Source: Tubiluchus corallicola (Eukaryota; Animalia; Priapulida). From it: a stretch of 64,000 bases of DNA. Location of the stretch: contig JAQGDQ010000389.1 in NCBI GenBank assembly GCA_030141605.1, positions 15,653-79,652 on the forward strand, in the 5' to 3' direction. Both the position numbers and the translations under genes were made by a program. The notes under the pieces were generated by a model. That model had not been told where the DNA came from. It saw nothing but the letters and a program-made list of their open reading frames with translations, and made no database searches. Of this stretch, positions 48,016-61,657 are shown one piece after another. Numbering within the stretch: the stretch's first letter is position 1; every line of letters begins with the position of its first letter.

Positions 48016-50045
48016 CTGTAAAGTAAAAAACCAAATTAATGTTTATGTCTTTATCTAATGTATAAATTTAATAAAAAGTATCCAAAAGTTAGCCCAAAGC
48101 TGCACATATGTGATCTTTATTCTTTTGTTGTGTAACGTAACGTAAAATTTATTCATACTATGTAGTATGGTACATAAAATCTTAGCGCTAAAGAAAAAAT
48201 GCATTTAAGAATCAAAATATTGAACTGCTGTCTATTTGCAACAGAGGCAGGGAGGATGATACTGCAGCCCTAACAGAGTTGCTTTGCAGGTTTATGCTTA
48301 AGCTAACAAATGTTTAAGCTGAAACAAAATTATTGATTCATATAATTGAATTAAATTGAATTATCGATTTATTATTAAGCATATTGCATACACAGCTTAC
48401 CGAAATAACAACTCTGGAAAAAATGACACAGGTGGCTCGTTTGTTGCAAAACATGTGAGTGTAAATAGAGCTGGATAAGAGAACACCACTGACCACTGAC
48501 AAGGGTCTACAGTACACCTTCCCATTTCATAAGCTCCCTTTGTGCACGTGATTAGCTGTTTTACTACTAGACAGTCAGACTTTCAATCTGTTCTAGATAA
48601 AGGCACATTCACATGCACATCTGAGATGTTTACTGCATTCCCTTGACTGCATTTACGTTTCACCACATTTAATTTCATTTTTTTTAAATTTAATTTTAAT
48701 TTTTTCATTAGGCTACTCCAGCACTGAGTTCAATGACCGTCCACGCCCCCTGAATCCGGACAAAGAAGTTCCCTCTTTGATTGGGAAGAAGTAAGAATCA
48801 CCACCCTCAGAGACTAAAATGCAAAACCGACTGAAAAACTTAGTCTTAGAGAAAAACAATTATGCGAAACGATTACCGAATTCGAAATTAAAAGTTTAAA
48901 ATAATCTCATTTTCATGTTCAATTAAGTTAAAGTCAATCGTCGTATTTCACATAACAGTTTTTTTATAACAGCAAATCAACTTAGAAAACTACCAACAAA
49001 GTATGTCTCAGCTGTTTCTGTAGAGTATGTAAAAATAAATGTAATAAATGTAATTAGATCATCCATTATCTGTTAAGCAATTCATACGCTCTGCATTACG
49101 TAATGGTTCATCAGTATGAATCATCAATAGACAGGCAACTGTGCATCAACTGCAATAGTAAAGTGTGAACTAGCCTTTAGCCAGTCAATGCAGTTTTAAT
49201 ACTACGGCTGTACACCTTGGTTAGGTAACTTCCCTGTAAAATACGAATGCTAGTGTTCTTGTCAAACGCACAGGTAATTTCACGATTTTTTGTAGCAAAT
49301 CCAGCATAAAAATTATTCAACATAAGTATTGGCTTCTGTGATGAAAAATGGTGCAACAGATGGAAAAAGTAGTAAGTATTGTATTTGTAAGGCCATCTTA
49401 ATTTGTACCGAGAACAAACATTTTTGCAAGACAAATCTGCATCATTGATAAAAATCAGCATCTTTGATAACTTCGTTTGTAAAGTTCAAATGCAAATGTC
49501 ACTTAGCACCCCATGATCAGTAACAACATTAACTTGAAAAAAATAATTTTAGCACATTGCTGTGCTTGGCTGAACTTAATGCTGGTCAGTGGTCAAAGTC
49601 ACTCCAGTTCACAAGGTTCAAAAAGCCTTGTTGTGAAGCTAAAAATAGGACCACGAAAGAAAGGAAATTAACCAAAACAAATAACATGAATCTGATAACA
49701 AATCGTCTTCATACGTTGATATATAGGGATATATATATCATTGCTCCCACATCTGAAACGCTGTTTCCTTGTTATTATTTCAATAAAACCTTTTTTAACA
49801 CTGAAAATGGGTGATAATGATAATCAATACAACAGATTATCAGAATTCCACGCAGTTATAGCAAGGAATGTGAGGTGAGTTTTTCCTGTGGGATTTTCCA
49901 ATAAATCCTGCTAGGACGTTAATGTTGTGTGGAATGAAATGTCAGCCAGAAAATTTCAATAATGTTTAGATGTTATGATGATAGAAGCAAATATTATATT
50001 ATTTTCTTGTTGGAAAGCATTGTTAACTTATAGCAAATCACATAC

Positions 50046-50156
50046 CAGTGGATGACGAATAAACGTTTCCATGATTTACTCGGACCTTTGTAAATTTCAT
50101 TATATCATATGTGGCTCCACTGCTGCTTTCTGGCTGATGAACAGAGAAAGCGAAGG
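50046..50156 (-). CDS. Ig3-C1q gene, C1q first exon
   Basis: tttcag|CCTTCGCT...TCCACTG|gtatgt; FAFSV...IMKFTKVRVNHGNVYSSSTG; 111 nt, phase 1-1. Confidence 0.9.
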
Positions 50157-51235
50157 CTGAAATAAAAATATTACTTGTCATCATTATCATCACGAGCTGG
50201 TCAATATTATTATGTCATCACAGTCAAAGATGTTTCTACAATTATCACCATCCTTTCCATTCTCCAGGGTAATTTGGTACCAACAACATGGATTAGCCAC
50301 AATCTATTCAGTGCATCAGTCATTGTGAACTCATGTCAATACGTTCTTAAACATCCTTGTGCCATCAATGGCGACTCAACATGAAGGGCTGAACTTTGTA
50401 ACCCAGGATGGTTTGCCCTAAAAACAGGACAGGAATAGGAGGAGGCATAAACAAAACTACAACTAAGAAAGAATTAAGACTACATGAAATTGGCCAATGA
50501 GAAACAAGATCAGTGAATTATTGTGGATATTGAAATGTTTTTTTAATTTACAGCTGACATGTTAGCATTAATGCTATTCTGCTACGTCTTGCTCTATTTG
50601 TTTGTATTTACGGGATCAGGATGAGCAAATGGGTTAATAAAGTCCTCTGTTGTTCTATGAACAGTTTCGCTATGTCGAGTTGTTCACAACACCCCTCAGG
50701 GACTCAAGCCAGCAATTCCGGATATTGCTAGATTTGTTCATAACATGCATTGAAAGTGAAGCACAAAGGGGAAAGTAAAACATATTAGCCAACCAGGTCA
50801 GAGGCTTAGAGACCGTTTGCAGGAAGTAAGGCAACAATGTTTGTTGCACTAGAGAGAATTAAAAATGAATTTGCAAAAATTAAAATATAAATTAAAGTAA
50901 TCAGATTGTAAGCTAAGAAAAGGGTTAACACAAACTTTTGAGTTGTAGTTTTTTAGTGAATATTTTCTGGAAGCATTACTGTGTAATTGAGGTACCCCCA
51001 CGAGACCTTCAAAACAACAAGGCTAGTGACACTAAAACTTTTATAGATAACAAAGTGATGTGAAAATAAGAATAATAAAAATTGTCTCAAGGAAGGATTA
51101 CTCATTTGGATATTGATGATATGTGAAAGATCAGTGCACTGGCTTCATTTAAAATCACAGGTAAATATTAAAAAAATCTACATGTTCAGTGGTGCTAAAA
51201 GTATCAGATTCTATATAGAGAAACGTAAAACTTAC

Positions 51236-51496
51236 TCTTCACAGAAATGTCTATTATCTTTGACGTTACTGAGCCAAGAGCGTTTGTTGCCACACACTCG
51301 TATTTTCCTGTATCTCGGCTCCTCACTTCATGTCTTGTAAGTACATCACCTGTGTCAGGTAAAATATTGCGATCCAGTTTCCAGGTGAAGGTTGGTGGTG
51401 GATTAGCATCAGCTTCACATTTCAGCTCCAATGTTGATAACATTACAATCTTTGTACTTCCAGTAATAATGCTGAGATCTGCAGTGCGTGGTTTGT
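51236..51496 (-). CDS. Ig3-C1q gene, Ig domain 3
   Basis: ttattag|ACAAACCA...GTGAAGA|gtaagt; LKCEADANPPPTFTW...DTGKYECVATNALG; 261 nt, phase 1-1. Confidence 0.93.
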
Positions 51497-52115
51497 CTAA
51501 TAAAAATAAACCATAAAATTTTACTCAGGATATTAAACACAGAGCTTTACATAAAAACACGTATATAGAGTCTTATATGAAAAACAGGTACTTCTACTCA
51601 AACGTGCTTAGGTAGGAATTAAGTAATTAAATTTCTTGTTTGCTGAGGGATTATATCCATAAAAGTCAACAACCCAGGTTAGTATAACAAGGCGAGTGGC
51701 ATGGTTGAACTTGTTTTCCCCATGTTACAACAATGTCAGACATTTTTATAACTAATTTATAACTAACTTATAACTATACCTAATGTATAGGCGATTTAGA
51801 GAGTACTTTTATAGTACAAAACTGCGCAGTGATAAATAGAGAAATCAGTTCTGACAATTCTGACTGTAATTCAATATCACGTCTAACAAAGAACAATTGT
51901 TGTAAATAATTTACAACCACATCTTAATGGGATTTGTTCATATTTCCCTTCACAGCAGAAAGCAGCTAATAAGAGCTCAGCGAATGAAACCACTAAAACC
52001 AGCTGGTTTCAAACACTGGTGCTTCGTCACCAATTCACTACCAAACATGCACAAAGCCAAATTTGTACGTGTAAAAAAACATAAAACATTTTATAAAAGT
52101 GTTTAGATTACTTAC

Positions 52116-52310
52116 AAAGAACATTTAGAGAAATATCCGGAATAGAAACATTCAGGGTACGATCTGTTACAGAACACTTGATAATCTTGTTATTGTCACC
52201 CTCCGTGCCAGGTGAAAATACATGTCTCAAGGTGCTAGTTGAAGTCACAAGGTGTGTTGTACTATCAGTCAAGTTTTCTTGGCCAGCAGAAGACGTTATG
52301 TCTTCTTCAC
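52116..52310 (-). CDS. Ig3-C1q gene, second half of Ig domain 2
   Basis: catttag|GTGAAGAA...GTTCTTT|gtaagt; TSTSTL..F.P...DNNKIIKCSV; 195 nt, phase 1-1. Confidence 0.88.
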
Positions 52311-54404
52311 CTAAATGACGTAAAAGAAGCAAAATAATAACATTAATGTTTTCAGTAGATTATTAGTCAATTTGACTTCTGACAGGACTAGGAAAATTCA
52401 GCTAAACATTCTAAGTCTGACAGGACTAGGAAAATTCAGCTAAACATTTTAGGTCTGACTGGCTAGAAAATTCAGCTAATTATTCTAATTCTGACAAGAC
52501 TCAAAAAGTTAGATAAACATTTTAAGTTTAACAGAAAATTCAATTAAACATTGACAAGTTTTAATATCATCGTGTATCATCATGTATCATCGTGTATTGA
52601 GCCTCTCGTCTTATGTCTCTCATATGTTATAAATGACAAAAATGCACACACATTTGGCACACTGCTTTCAATCGCTTTCTTGACAACCAATATGAAATCT
52701 TCCTTACTACTGGTGGTTCTTTAAACTATAGTCTTATAAGGCTGTGAATTCCCTTTACAGCATCACTACTAAGATTTCTGTAAACTAGGGTTTCGATTGA
52801 ACCGCAAAAAAAATTTATATGATTAAAGAGAAAATTTCATAAGCTTCCTAAGTGTCTCTAATGCAATAAATTTTATTTCATTCTCGCTTGCAACAGTCGC
52901 TAAAATTTCAGGTTACCAGGTGTGCGTAAGAAAGGACATTGCAGGTGACAGATTGTAAGTGAATTTTGTTGACTGTTTCAGCTGCAGTTTATTTAACATT
53001 AAAGTTGATAGTTATTTTGCTGTAGTTGATACTAATGCAAAGAATAGGCAGAATTGTTCTACCTTCAGAACCATCGTAAGCAATATGCCTACATGAGTGC
53101 TCTAAGAATGGTAATAAGACGTCAGTGCTTAGGTGTGCACTATAATAACATGCTAAAGATCAAACAGAAAACGTCTCAGCAGATAAGAATGTTAATTGAT
53201 AATTGTTAACTAACTGATGTGACAATGCCAATCTCACTATGCAATGAACGATAACTTTAATTTTTTAAATCTTTTGTTACTTTTTGACAGCATTTTACAA
53301 TATGAGCCTTTTCTCAGTTTCATAGTCTTCGTATGCAGTTGCTGTAGGTCAAAGGTTAAGTGTACCACAGCTGTACAACTGTCATATCTACAGCAGTCAG
53401 GTGATGTGTGGGTAATGCAAATCCGTCTGTCGTGTCAGTTTGGTACCTTTAGTTATTTCACCTGCTTGAAAACAAGAAAAATGAATCAGGTAAGGTTCTA
53501 GTTAGCTGTTAAAACGTTTACTATAGTATTAAAATAACATGGACTGCGAGATGTTGTCAAGTGTACACAAATGCGTTGTCTGGTACACTCATCCTTTGAC
53601 GTTTTCATAATCATCATCAATCATTGGAACTGTGAAAAGGCTTATTAATGTCAAACTGTGGCAAGTATTTGTATATGTGTGTTGGTGAGGAGGGTGTGTG
53701 CATGCGTGCGTGCGTGCGTGTGTTGCATACATGCGTGCATCTGAGTATTTTCAAAATTTGCTTATGAAATATGCAAGTTTTAATTGCTAAACGAAACCAA
53801 ATTGATAACTAGAACAGTTTCAATCCTTTTAGAAACCAAATAAATTCAGAGCAATTAGTTATTCTCTGCCTTCATGCACGTGATAAAATAAAGACCTCGA
53901 AATTGTTTTGATTATCATAATTGCAAAAAGTTTGGTGGCTAAAAATGGCTGCTAAGTTTCTGTCTTCTTGCTTTTCCCCTCCTAATATATTCTTTCAATA
54001 AAAGAAAATCCTAGCACAAGTATTCAAAAACCATCATCTCAACTGTAATGTACATTTGTATTAGAGAAATCAAAGAAAGTTTATAAATTTTTCAAAATAA
54101 ATCAATTTTAAACACAAAGGATACTGCAATTCTATTAACTCATATTAATCTATTAATCTAATTCATAGCTTACTACAAATAATTGTAGTAAACTGATCCT
54201 GTACAGTATAAAATACAACAACCAGCTAACGAAAAATGAGGTCCCAAATAACTAGAGGGAATTCCTGACATATTTCTGTGAATTTTAGTAATTTTTGCCT
54301 TTATAAGCAAGGACAAAGGTTTCTGATTTGACTAGTTTGTGAGAATACCAGAAATATAACAGTAAATAAGTGATTTAAGACAATGCTGAACATAATTCAC
54401 TTAC

Positions 54405-54548
54405 CCAAGTACCACTTGATTTCAGGAGTTGGATTGACCTCTGCAATGACACATTTGAATATTTCATCTGGACTGCTGGCCCTGACAGTGACCTGATTCG
54501 TCAATATTTCTTCGTCATTTAACAACATCTTTACTTCCTTTGGTTTTA
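54405..54548 (-). CDS. Ig3-C1q gene, first half of Ig domain 2
   Basis: ttaacag|TAAAACCA...TACTTGG|gtaagt; FKCVIAEVNPTPEIKWYLG; 144 nt, phase 1-1. Confidence 0.9.
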
Positions 54549-55071
54549 CTGTTAAACAAGAAAAATAAAATATAAATATAAGATTAAGTATATGCATACA
54601 TAGCTGCATTTTATGAATGCAGAAATATGTACATTGTAAAATCAAAAATCTGAATAGCATTAGTAATTAACCAATTCTGTGTTTCTTAGAGCCCAAGGTG
54701 AATTAGTGACTTGAGGAAAGATTTATGATTTTAGTTTTAAAATTTAACAAATATTTCTTACAAAGACTGCAAGCTGATCTTGAAAAAGAGGCAGGAATTA
54801 ACCATAAATGCGAATACTATTAAATACTTAAGAGTTTTTTCTAGCTAAAATTTAGCACTTAATTTCTTACATTTATTTTGTGTATTTTATGTTAACCAAA
54901 TTAGTCATAATTTACCGTTTTGATCTAATTTATCAACAATGCAAACCTGATTAATAATGTTAGGAATCTTCATATGCCCAATGTGAATGTCCACTATTGA
55001 CATAAAGAGTAGTCGTCATGACCTTTCATACATTCTACAAAATATGTCTATTATCTATAATATTATCTTAC

Positions 55072-55386
55072 CAGTTACAGTTAGTTTTGCTGGATCAGAA
55101 TTTAGCACAAGGTCAGGTAATTTAAATAACTGGCACATGTAGGTTCCATCATCTAAGACACTGACATCATCAATTCGAATACTGTGTAATCCCTGCAACT
55201 GTGGGTTGTAGCTGTACTTGTAAGAAATTCTTCCAGTAATAGGAAGAACTTTCCCGTCTTTGAACCAGGTAACTTTGTAACCCTGCACAGGTACCAGAGT
55301 CATGTTGATTCTGCATTCAAATTCTGCTGTTAAACCTTGCAATACTTGCGTACTGGAAGGCTGCATAGTGAAATATTCACTTGCAC
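55072..55386 (-). CDS. Ig3-C1q gene, Ig domain 1 (I/V-set)
   Basis: tttacag|GTGCAAGT...GTAACTG|gtaaga; FTMQPSS..V..G.TAEFEC...VTWFKDG...DDGTYMCQ; 315 nt, phase 1-1. Confidence 0.93.
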
Positions 55387-55856
55387 CTGTAAATAACGGG
55401 AACAATAATATTAGTATTCAGTGGTAAATTCAGAAGTGATCCTAAAATTACGCAGGCATAGAAATTGTTTCTTGTTAGTTATCCCTGGACTCAAATTAAT
55501 GGATTGCAACGCCACAGTTAGTTATCTCGGAAAGAAATTGAAAACATGAAAATTTCACGACAAATGTTTTGAGAGGAGTAAGTGCTTCCCTCTTAACGCA
55601 GCAATGTAATTAGTGGATAAAAGGTTGGCAATACAGCATAATTATAAATATTCACCAACATCTTACAAAAGCCAACGTCTTCTGAAACATTGACGTCATC
55701 AATTCTACTACTGTAAAAACTGTCTCTGTTTGGTTGTTGTCTTTCCATTTTTGAACCTGATGATCAGCAGCTACTTCTTTGATGTCGTAATAACTGCCAT
55801 TGGCCTACGTCACACACGTCACATTCGTCATATATACGACAAATTTAATAGCTTAC

Positions 55857-56023
55857 CTGTTGTAGATCTGTTACTTGCAGACGATGACATTTCCAATGAT
55901 GGTGAGAATACTGAAGTTGATTCCTTAAGAACTTGTTTTGACACCTGGGTAAAGGTACTGATGAGACGGTAGCTGATGTTTATTTGTCTGAGTGGCTCAG
56001 GTCAAGATGTTCACTTGTTGCTG
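55857..56023 (-). other. Upstream exon of the Ig3-C1q gene, Ser/Thr-rich; in-frame ATG at 55890 (MSSSASNRSTT-G)
   Basis: Acceptor tttctttag and donor ACAG|gtaagc. The 167-nt exon is not open end to end, so it is either UTR plus start codon or a disabled coding exon. Confidence 0.55.
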
Positions 56024-57782
56024 CTAAAGAAAAACAAGTAAAAATTACAAGAAAAAAGTTACGTGGGGTACAACTAGAACTTTTTGACAGCGTTCTGTAC
56101 CACAATTGAGTTTTGTGCTGCAATTTACAAAAAGATTGCAGTTATGTGACGTTATGTATCTGAAAGTGGCATTATTTGAATTTCTGTTTCACATGTAAAT
56201 TTGATGCACATTGTAGAAATTTCACTTTATAGATTTTCACTGAATTGAAAGGCTGTGATGGGTGCTTGACATTTAGCTAAGATTTGCTATAAAGTTTCTG
56301 CCACTATTGTTGCTGATGATATTGTTGTTGATGGTTATGATGATAATGTTAATGATAATTCTAATATTAATGATTATTTACATTTATAACTAATGAAATA
56401 AAAAATTTTATAGCAAATTTAAAAAAATAAACAAAAACCATTTTAGAAAACGAAGTTAAGGATGTGGAACACGAAACCCCTGGTTAATGGAGTAAAAAAT
56501 AATAATTGCCAAAAAATACTTCTTTCAATTTTTTGGCAAGGCACCTTTAACTGTTTTTGTTAATTAGAAAATAATTCTACGAGTTCACTAGTTCTACACT
56601 TTTAGCATTATACAATAAAGCATGTACAGTTTCACCAATGAGTATGCATGATTAGTACAAATATACACTAGAAGTAAGAAAAATACGCTTGGATCTACAT
56701 CAGGTATTTCTATTTCATCATCAAGTTCATGACGCGTAGGTCTATAAATCATTTTTTGAAAGCGTTACTCCTCAAACTAAGAGTATACCAGTTAGAGTTA
56801 AAAAGAGTTTTCCCCAGATGAAATGTTACATCACACATGCCGTTACAGTCGCCACTGCTGCACACATGTTTAAACCATTGGCTCCAATCTCGCTTTGCAT
56901 TCAGAATTTCAGCAGATGTTTGTGCTATTTCAACTGAATGTCGCCATTTTGAATATTGTAAAACTCAGCAAGCGAATTTGCAGATAATCTAGTAACGACT
57001 TACCTTGTTAGCAATCGCTTCTAACTGCAATGTAGATCACCACTGCTTGCACTCTACAGCTTATATACAAGGCAGATTGTCTACACCCACAGCAAAGTTT
57101 ACTTCTTATCATGCCGTTTTTACACACAAAAAGAATCACCTGATTTTGGTCGTATGACTGCTGACTGTTCAAATACAGTTCAAATTTCAGTTACCAAATA
57201 TTCAGGACCCATTTTTCTTAGAGCTTGTATAGGCTACGCCGTAGGCCCCTCAAAATTGGGTAGATCATGCTTAAAGATTTTTAGGTATATTTTTTTTATT
57301 TCAGGAGGATATTTTAACATTTAACATTAAATTAAAATTAAAAATGAAGAAGACTGAAAATGTAATTTTAAATATAAGCAACTATTTACACTACTGACGT
57401 GTTGAAATATGTGCTAATTTGGTTTAGCAAAATAGTGATAAATTTGTAAAGAATATTTTTGTTGACAAACAAAGGATAGCTCTTCTGGTTTATTTAGAAA
57501 GTTTTTTTAGTTTAATTTATTCTTTTCAAATATAGCCAGAGAGTATTGTATTAAGACATAGAATGAACTATTGAAAAAATAAGAAGAAATGGAAAATGGA
57601 AATGGAATTGAGGAATAAATTTGTGAGGTAAATGTGTGATAAGAATGAGATTATATACAACCAAATGCAACTCCCCTTGTTTAAATAACAGTTTTATTGG
57701 CGTTTTTATAACCGTTGTTCAAGTTTATATGTATAAGATTAAGTATTAAAGTGTTATGCTTCTCACACACATAAAAGGGCGG

Positions 57783-58493
57783 ATCATCCATTTGAAGAAT
57801 TGCTGAGTGGTGCCCTTTTTCAAGTGGTGCCCGTGGTACCTGCCAAAGCTGCCATTCCCTAGATATGCCATTGCCTTCACAACCTCTCCCACCCTGGGTC
57901 AACCCTTGCCCTCGAAGTCTTTGATCTTTTATTATAAGCTAATAAGCTTATAACTAGATAATTAAGCAAATTTGACTGCAAGCAACTTGTTTATTAGTAG
58001 TGAAATAATGGAAGGATTTGCTGTTTTCAACAGTTAGTTCAATTTTAAAGAGTTACTGCTGTGCAGCTGTTTTTACCTGTAATTTCCCAGCTAATATTTT
58101 TTCTAAAAAACTCGTTTCACAGGGGAAACAATATCCCAGATATATTTTTTAAACAGAAAGAGAAATATTTCGGTTTCGTTTTCAATGCTCTGCTCTAATA
58201 TTATCTTGGTAAATTTCCACTGCTGTTTGATGTTTTTCCACTTCGAATGTCTGACGTTTACCCCTAATGTGTACTAATGAGATAAAAACGTAATCTCTTA
58301 GGAAACCCAATAAAAACAATATTCCAGAAATATGTTTTAAACAGAAAGAGAAAAATTTCGGTTTCGTTTTCAATGCTCTGCTCTGATATTATCTCGGTAA
58401 ATTTCCACTGCTGTTTTTCCACTAGGAATGTCTGATGTTTACCCCTATTGTGTACTAATGAGAGTAAACTCTTAGTAAACCCAATAATTTCTT
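57783..58493. repeat. ~700-bp direct repeat, copy 1 (copy 2 at 60989-61657), with ~190-bp internal subrepeats
   Basis: atcatccatttgaagaat...ggtacctgccaaagctgccattcc...ctcttagtaaacccaataatttctt occurs in both copies. Confidence 0.9.
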
Positions 58494-58930
58494 GGTCTTG
58501 GCTGAGAGTTTGACTGTCAATGATGCGACTGTCTTGGTCAGCGTCTGAACTGAATTTTGTACGTTACTTAAAATGTGACCTTGTTGTAGCAGTGAACCTG
58601 CAAATGGTCGTAGCGTATTTCGAGTCATTTCTGGCAAGTTTTCCGGCAATTCTTGTGAAATTAAACCAATTTCCATAGGTTCAGAATTATCTGGGAAACT
58701 ATTAGCTGCTTCAGTTATCGCTAAAGTTAAAGTTGTGGGAGGCTCTCTAAGCTTATATTGTCTGACTTGGTCTCCACGTATACCCAATGTAAATAATTGG
58801 ACTAAAAATGACTGAAATGCCGGTTGTGTAATTTCATCTTCTGATTTAGCAATATGCGCTAATTTCATTATTCGATCTCCGAAGGCTTGAAGTTTCTCCT
58901 TTTTGCTGTCTGGCTCGAGTTAACCCTATA
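58494..58930 (-). mobile_element. Ty3/gypsy-like gag fragment (frameshifted, truncated)
   Basis: RQQKGE/LQAFGDRIMKLA...QLFTLGIRGDQVRQYKLREPPTTLTLAITEA...EPMEIG contains typical retrotransposon gag motifs. Confidence 0.7.
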
Positions 58931-59907
58931 AAAGCTTTATTAAGCGAATTTAAGAAATTTATAAAACGCTGCGCAATTTACAGTAGTATAGTAAATGATC
59001 TTTACGACCCCCCAAAATGTTCAATATACAATTTGGAGTTTATTTACAACCCACCAAAATAAGCATGATTTAACATACAAACAACGGTTTTCTAACACTC
59101 TCTAACACAAAGATGAAGAGGTTTATCAAGCAAAAATAGGATGGAAGAAAACGTGCATTACTTACAGTCGGTACTTCAGTGTTGGAGATCAGTTTAAACA
59201 GCAATAAACAGCTTAGTAATAAAACCAGGTTTTGAAAAACTTTTTCCTGTAAAGGAACTGGTCAGGTTACCAGTAAAATAAATCGTTGTATTGGTTGTAT
59301 AAAGCTGATTATTGGTGTTTTAGGGATGGCAAAACTATGAAGAGTCAGATTATAAAACTACACGTTTATTGAACATCAAACACAATAAATATAACAGATA
59401 GTAATGCCAAGCCCACTGATCTAGTCTGCTTATAAAACTACACGTTAATTGGACATCAAACACAATAAACATAGCACATAGTAATGCCAAGCCCACTGAC
59501 CTAGTCTGCTCTCCTTCAGCTCCCAGACTCAATCCCCTGAGCTGGGCGCATCATAAGGTTTATATATCGTGCGCCGAGCTTCGATACCTCGATTCTGAAT
59601 CACTTGCTCACGTGACACCACACCTTAACTGGGCTTGATGCCAGAATTCATCAGCATGATTGCAATGCAGCTGAAATGTGATCAATTCATACAGCTGACC
59701 TTATAAAGTCGTTAGTCTGCAGCACGAAAACTGATTCACGATACATATTCTTGCTCCGCCTGAAGACCTCACATGAAGTTTACAGGCCTGGCTAACTTAC
59801 ATCAACGCTAAATATAGCAACTCTCTCTCGCAACAACTGCTAGGGTGCTACAAGAATTAACGAGCATGTGCAAAATCTCTCACTATATCTATCCTTTACA
59901 CCTCCAT

Positions 59908-60475
<568 letters not shown>

Positions 60476-60988
60476 GCAACAACTGCTACGGTGCTACTGC
60501 GTACTGCTACAAGAATCACCGAGCATGTGCAAAATCTCTCACTACATCTATCCTTTACACCTCCATCCCTCTCTCTAATGCTGCTACAAATGCTACACTG
60601 AGTTACAATAGCGAAGTTATGAACGCAGTTTATATGCTGTACCTGTGGTCTCTCTCCCCGTCTCCCTTGTAACTTTTGTAAGTTTGTGCGAGTGTTTCTC
60701 TTACTTCATCTCTCCCTTTTCTTTTTACATATAAAACAAAGCACGAATAAATGAATAAAAAAATCATTTTCTAACCGTTCATCTCTCATACAAACATCAT
60801 AAGACTTCGACATTTTTCTCTGATGTTTACACTTAACTGTATTAAAGTGGAGTTTAAAAGAATCTAGGTAATAAAGTCACAGGTAACCCTGCGAATTCAA
60901 GTAAATCAGTTGCTTCGTTGAAGAAAGGTATAAATGTAAAATGTAAAAAATTACGCACATAGTTTAGTGGTGAAGTTATTTCAAAGCA

Positions 60989-61657
60989 ATCATCCATTTG
61001 AAGAATATTCATTTTTTGAGAAATTGCTGTGTGGGGCCCTTTTTCAAGTGATGCCCATGGTACCTGCCAAAGCTGCCATTCCTTAGATATGCCTCTGCCT
61101 TCACAACCTCTCCCAGCCCTGATCAACCCAAAGCTTAACTAGATAATTAAGTAAATTTGACTGCAAGCAACTTGTTTATTTGCAGTGCAATATTGGAAGG
61201 ATTTGCTGTTTTCAACAGTTAATTCAACTTTAAAGAGTTACTGTTGTGCATCTGTTTATACCTGTAATTTCCCAGCTAATATTTTTCCTAAAAAACTTGT
61301 TTCACAGAGAAAACAATTTCCCTGAAATATTTTTTAAAAAAGAAATAGAAAAAAATCGGTTTCGTTCTCAATCCACTGCTCTTTAATGTTTTTTCACTTC
61401 TAATGTCTGATGTTTACCACTAATATGTACTAATGAGATAAAAAAGTAATCTCTTAGGAAACTCAATAAAAAACAGTATCTCAGAAATATGTTTTAAACA
61501 GAAAGAGAAAAATTTTGGTTTCGTTTTTAATGCCCTGCTCTGATATTATCTCGGTAAATTTCCACTGCTGTTTTTCCAATTCGAATGTCTGATGTTTACC
61601 CCTAATGTGTACAAATGAGATAAAAGAGTAACCTCTTAGTAAACCCAATAATTTCTT
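60989..61657. repeat. ~700-bp direct repeat, copy 2
   Basis: Aligns by eye with 57783-58493. Confidence 0.9.

Noticed and set aside
52372-52500. Hammerhead ribozyme in the ~46-bp tandem repeat (ctgacaggactaggaaa); also ctgatga at 474 and 25464
   Set aside because: The core is not CUGANGA...GAAA with a pairing stem II, and no flanking helices were found.
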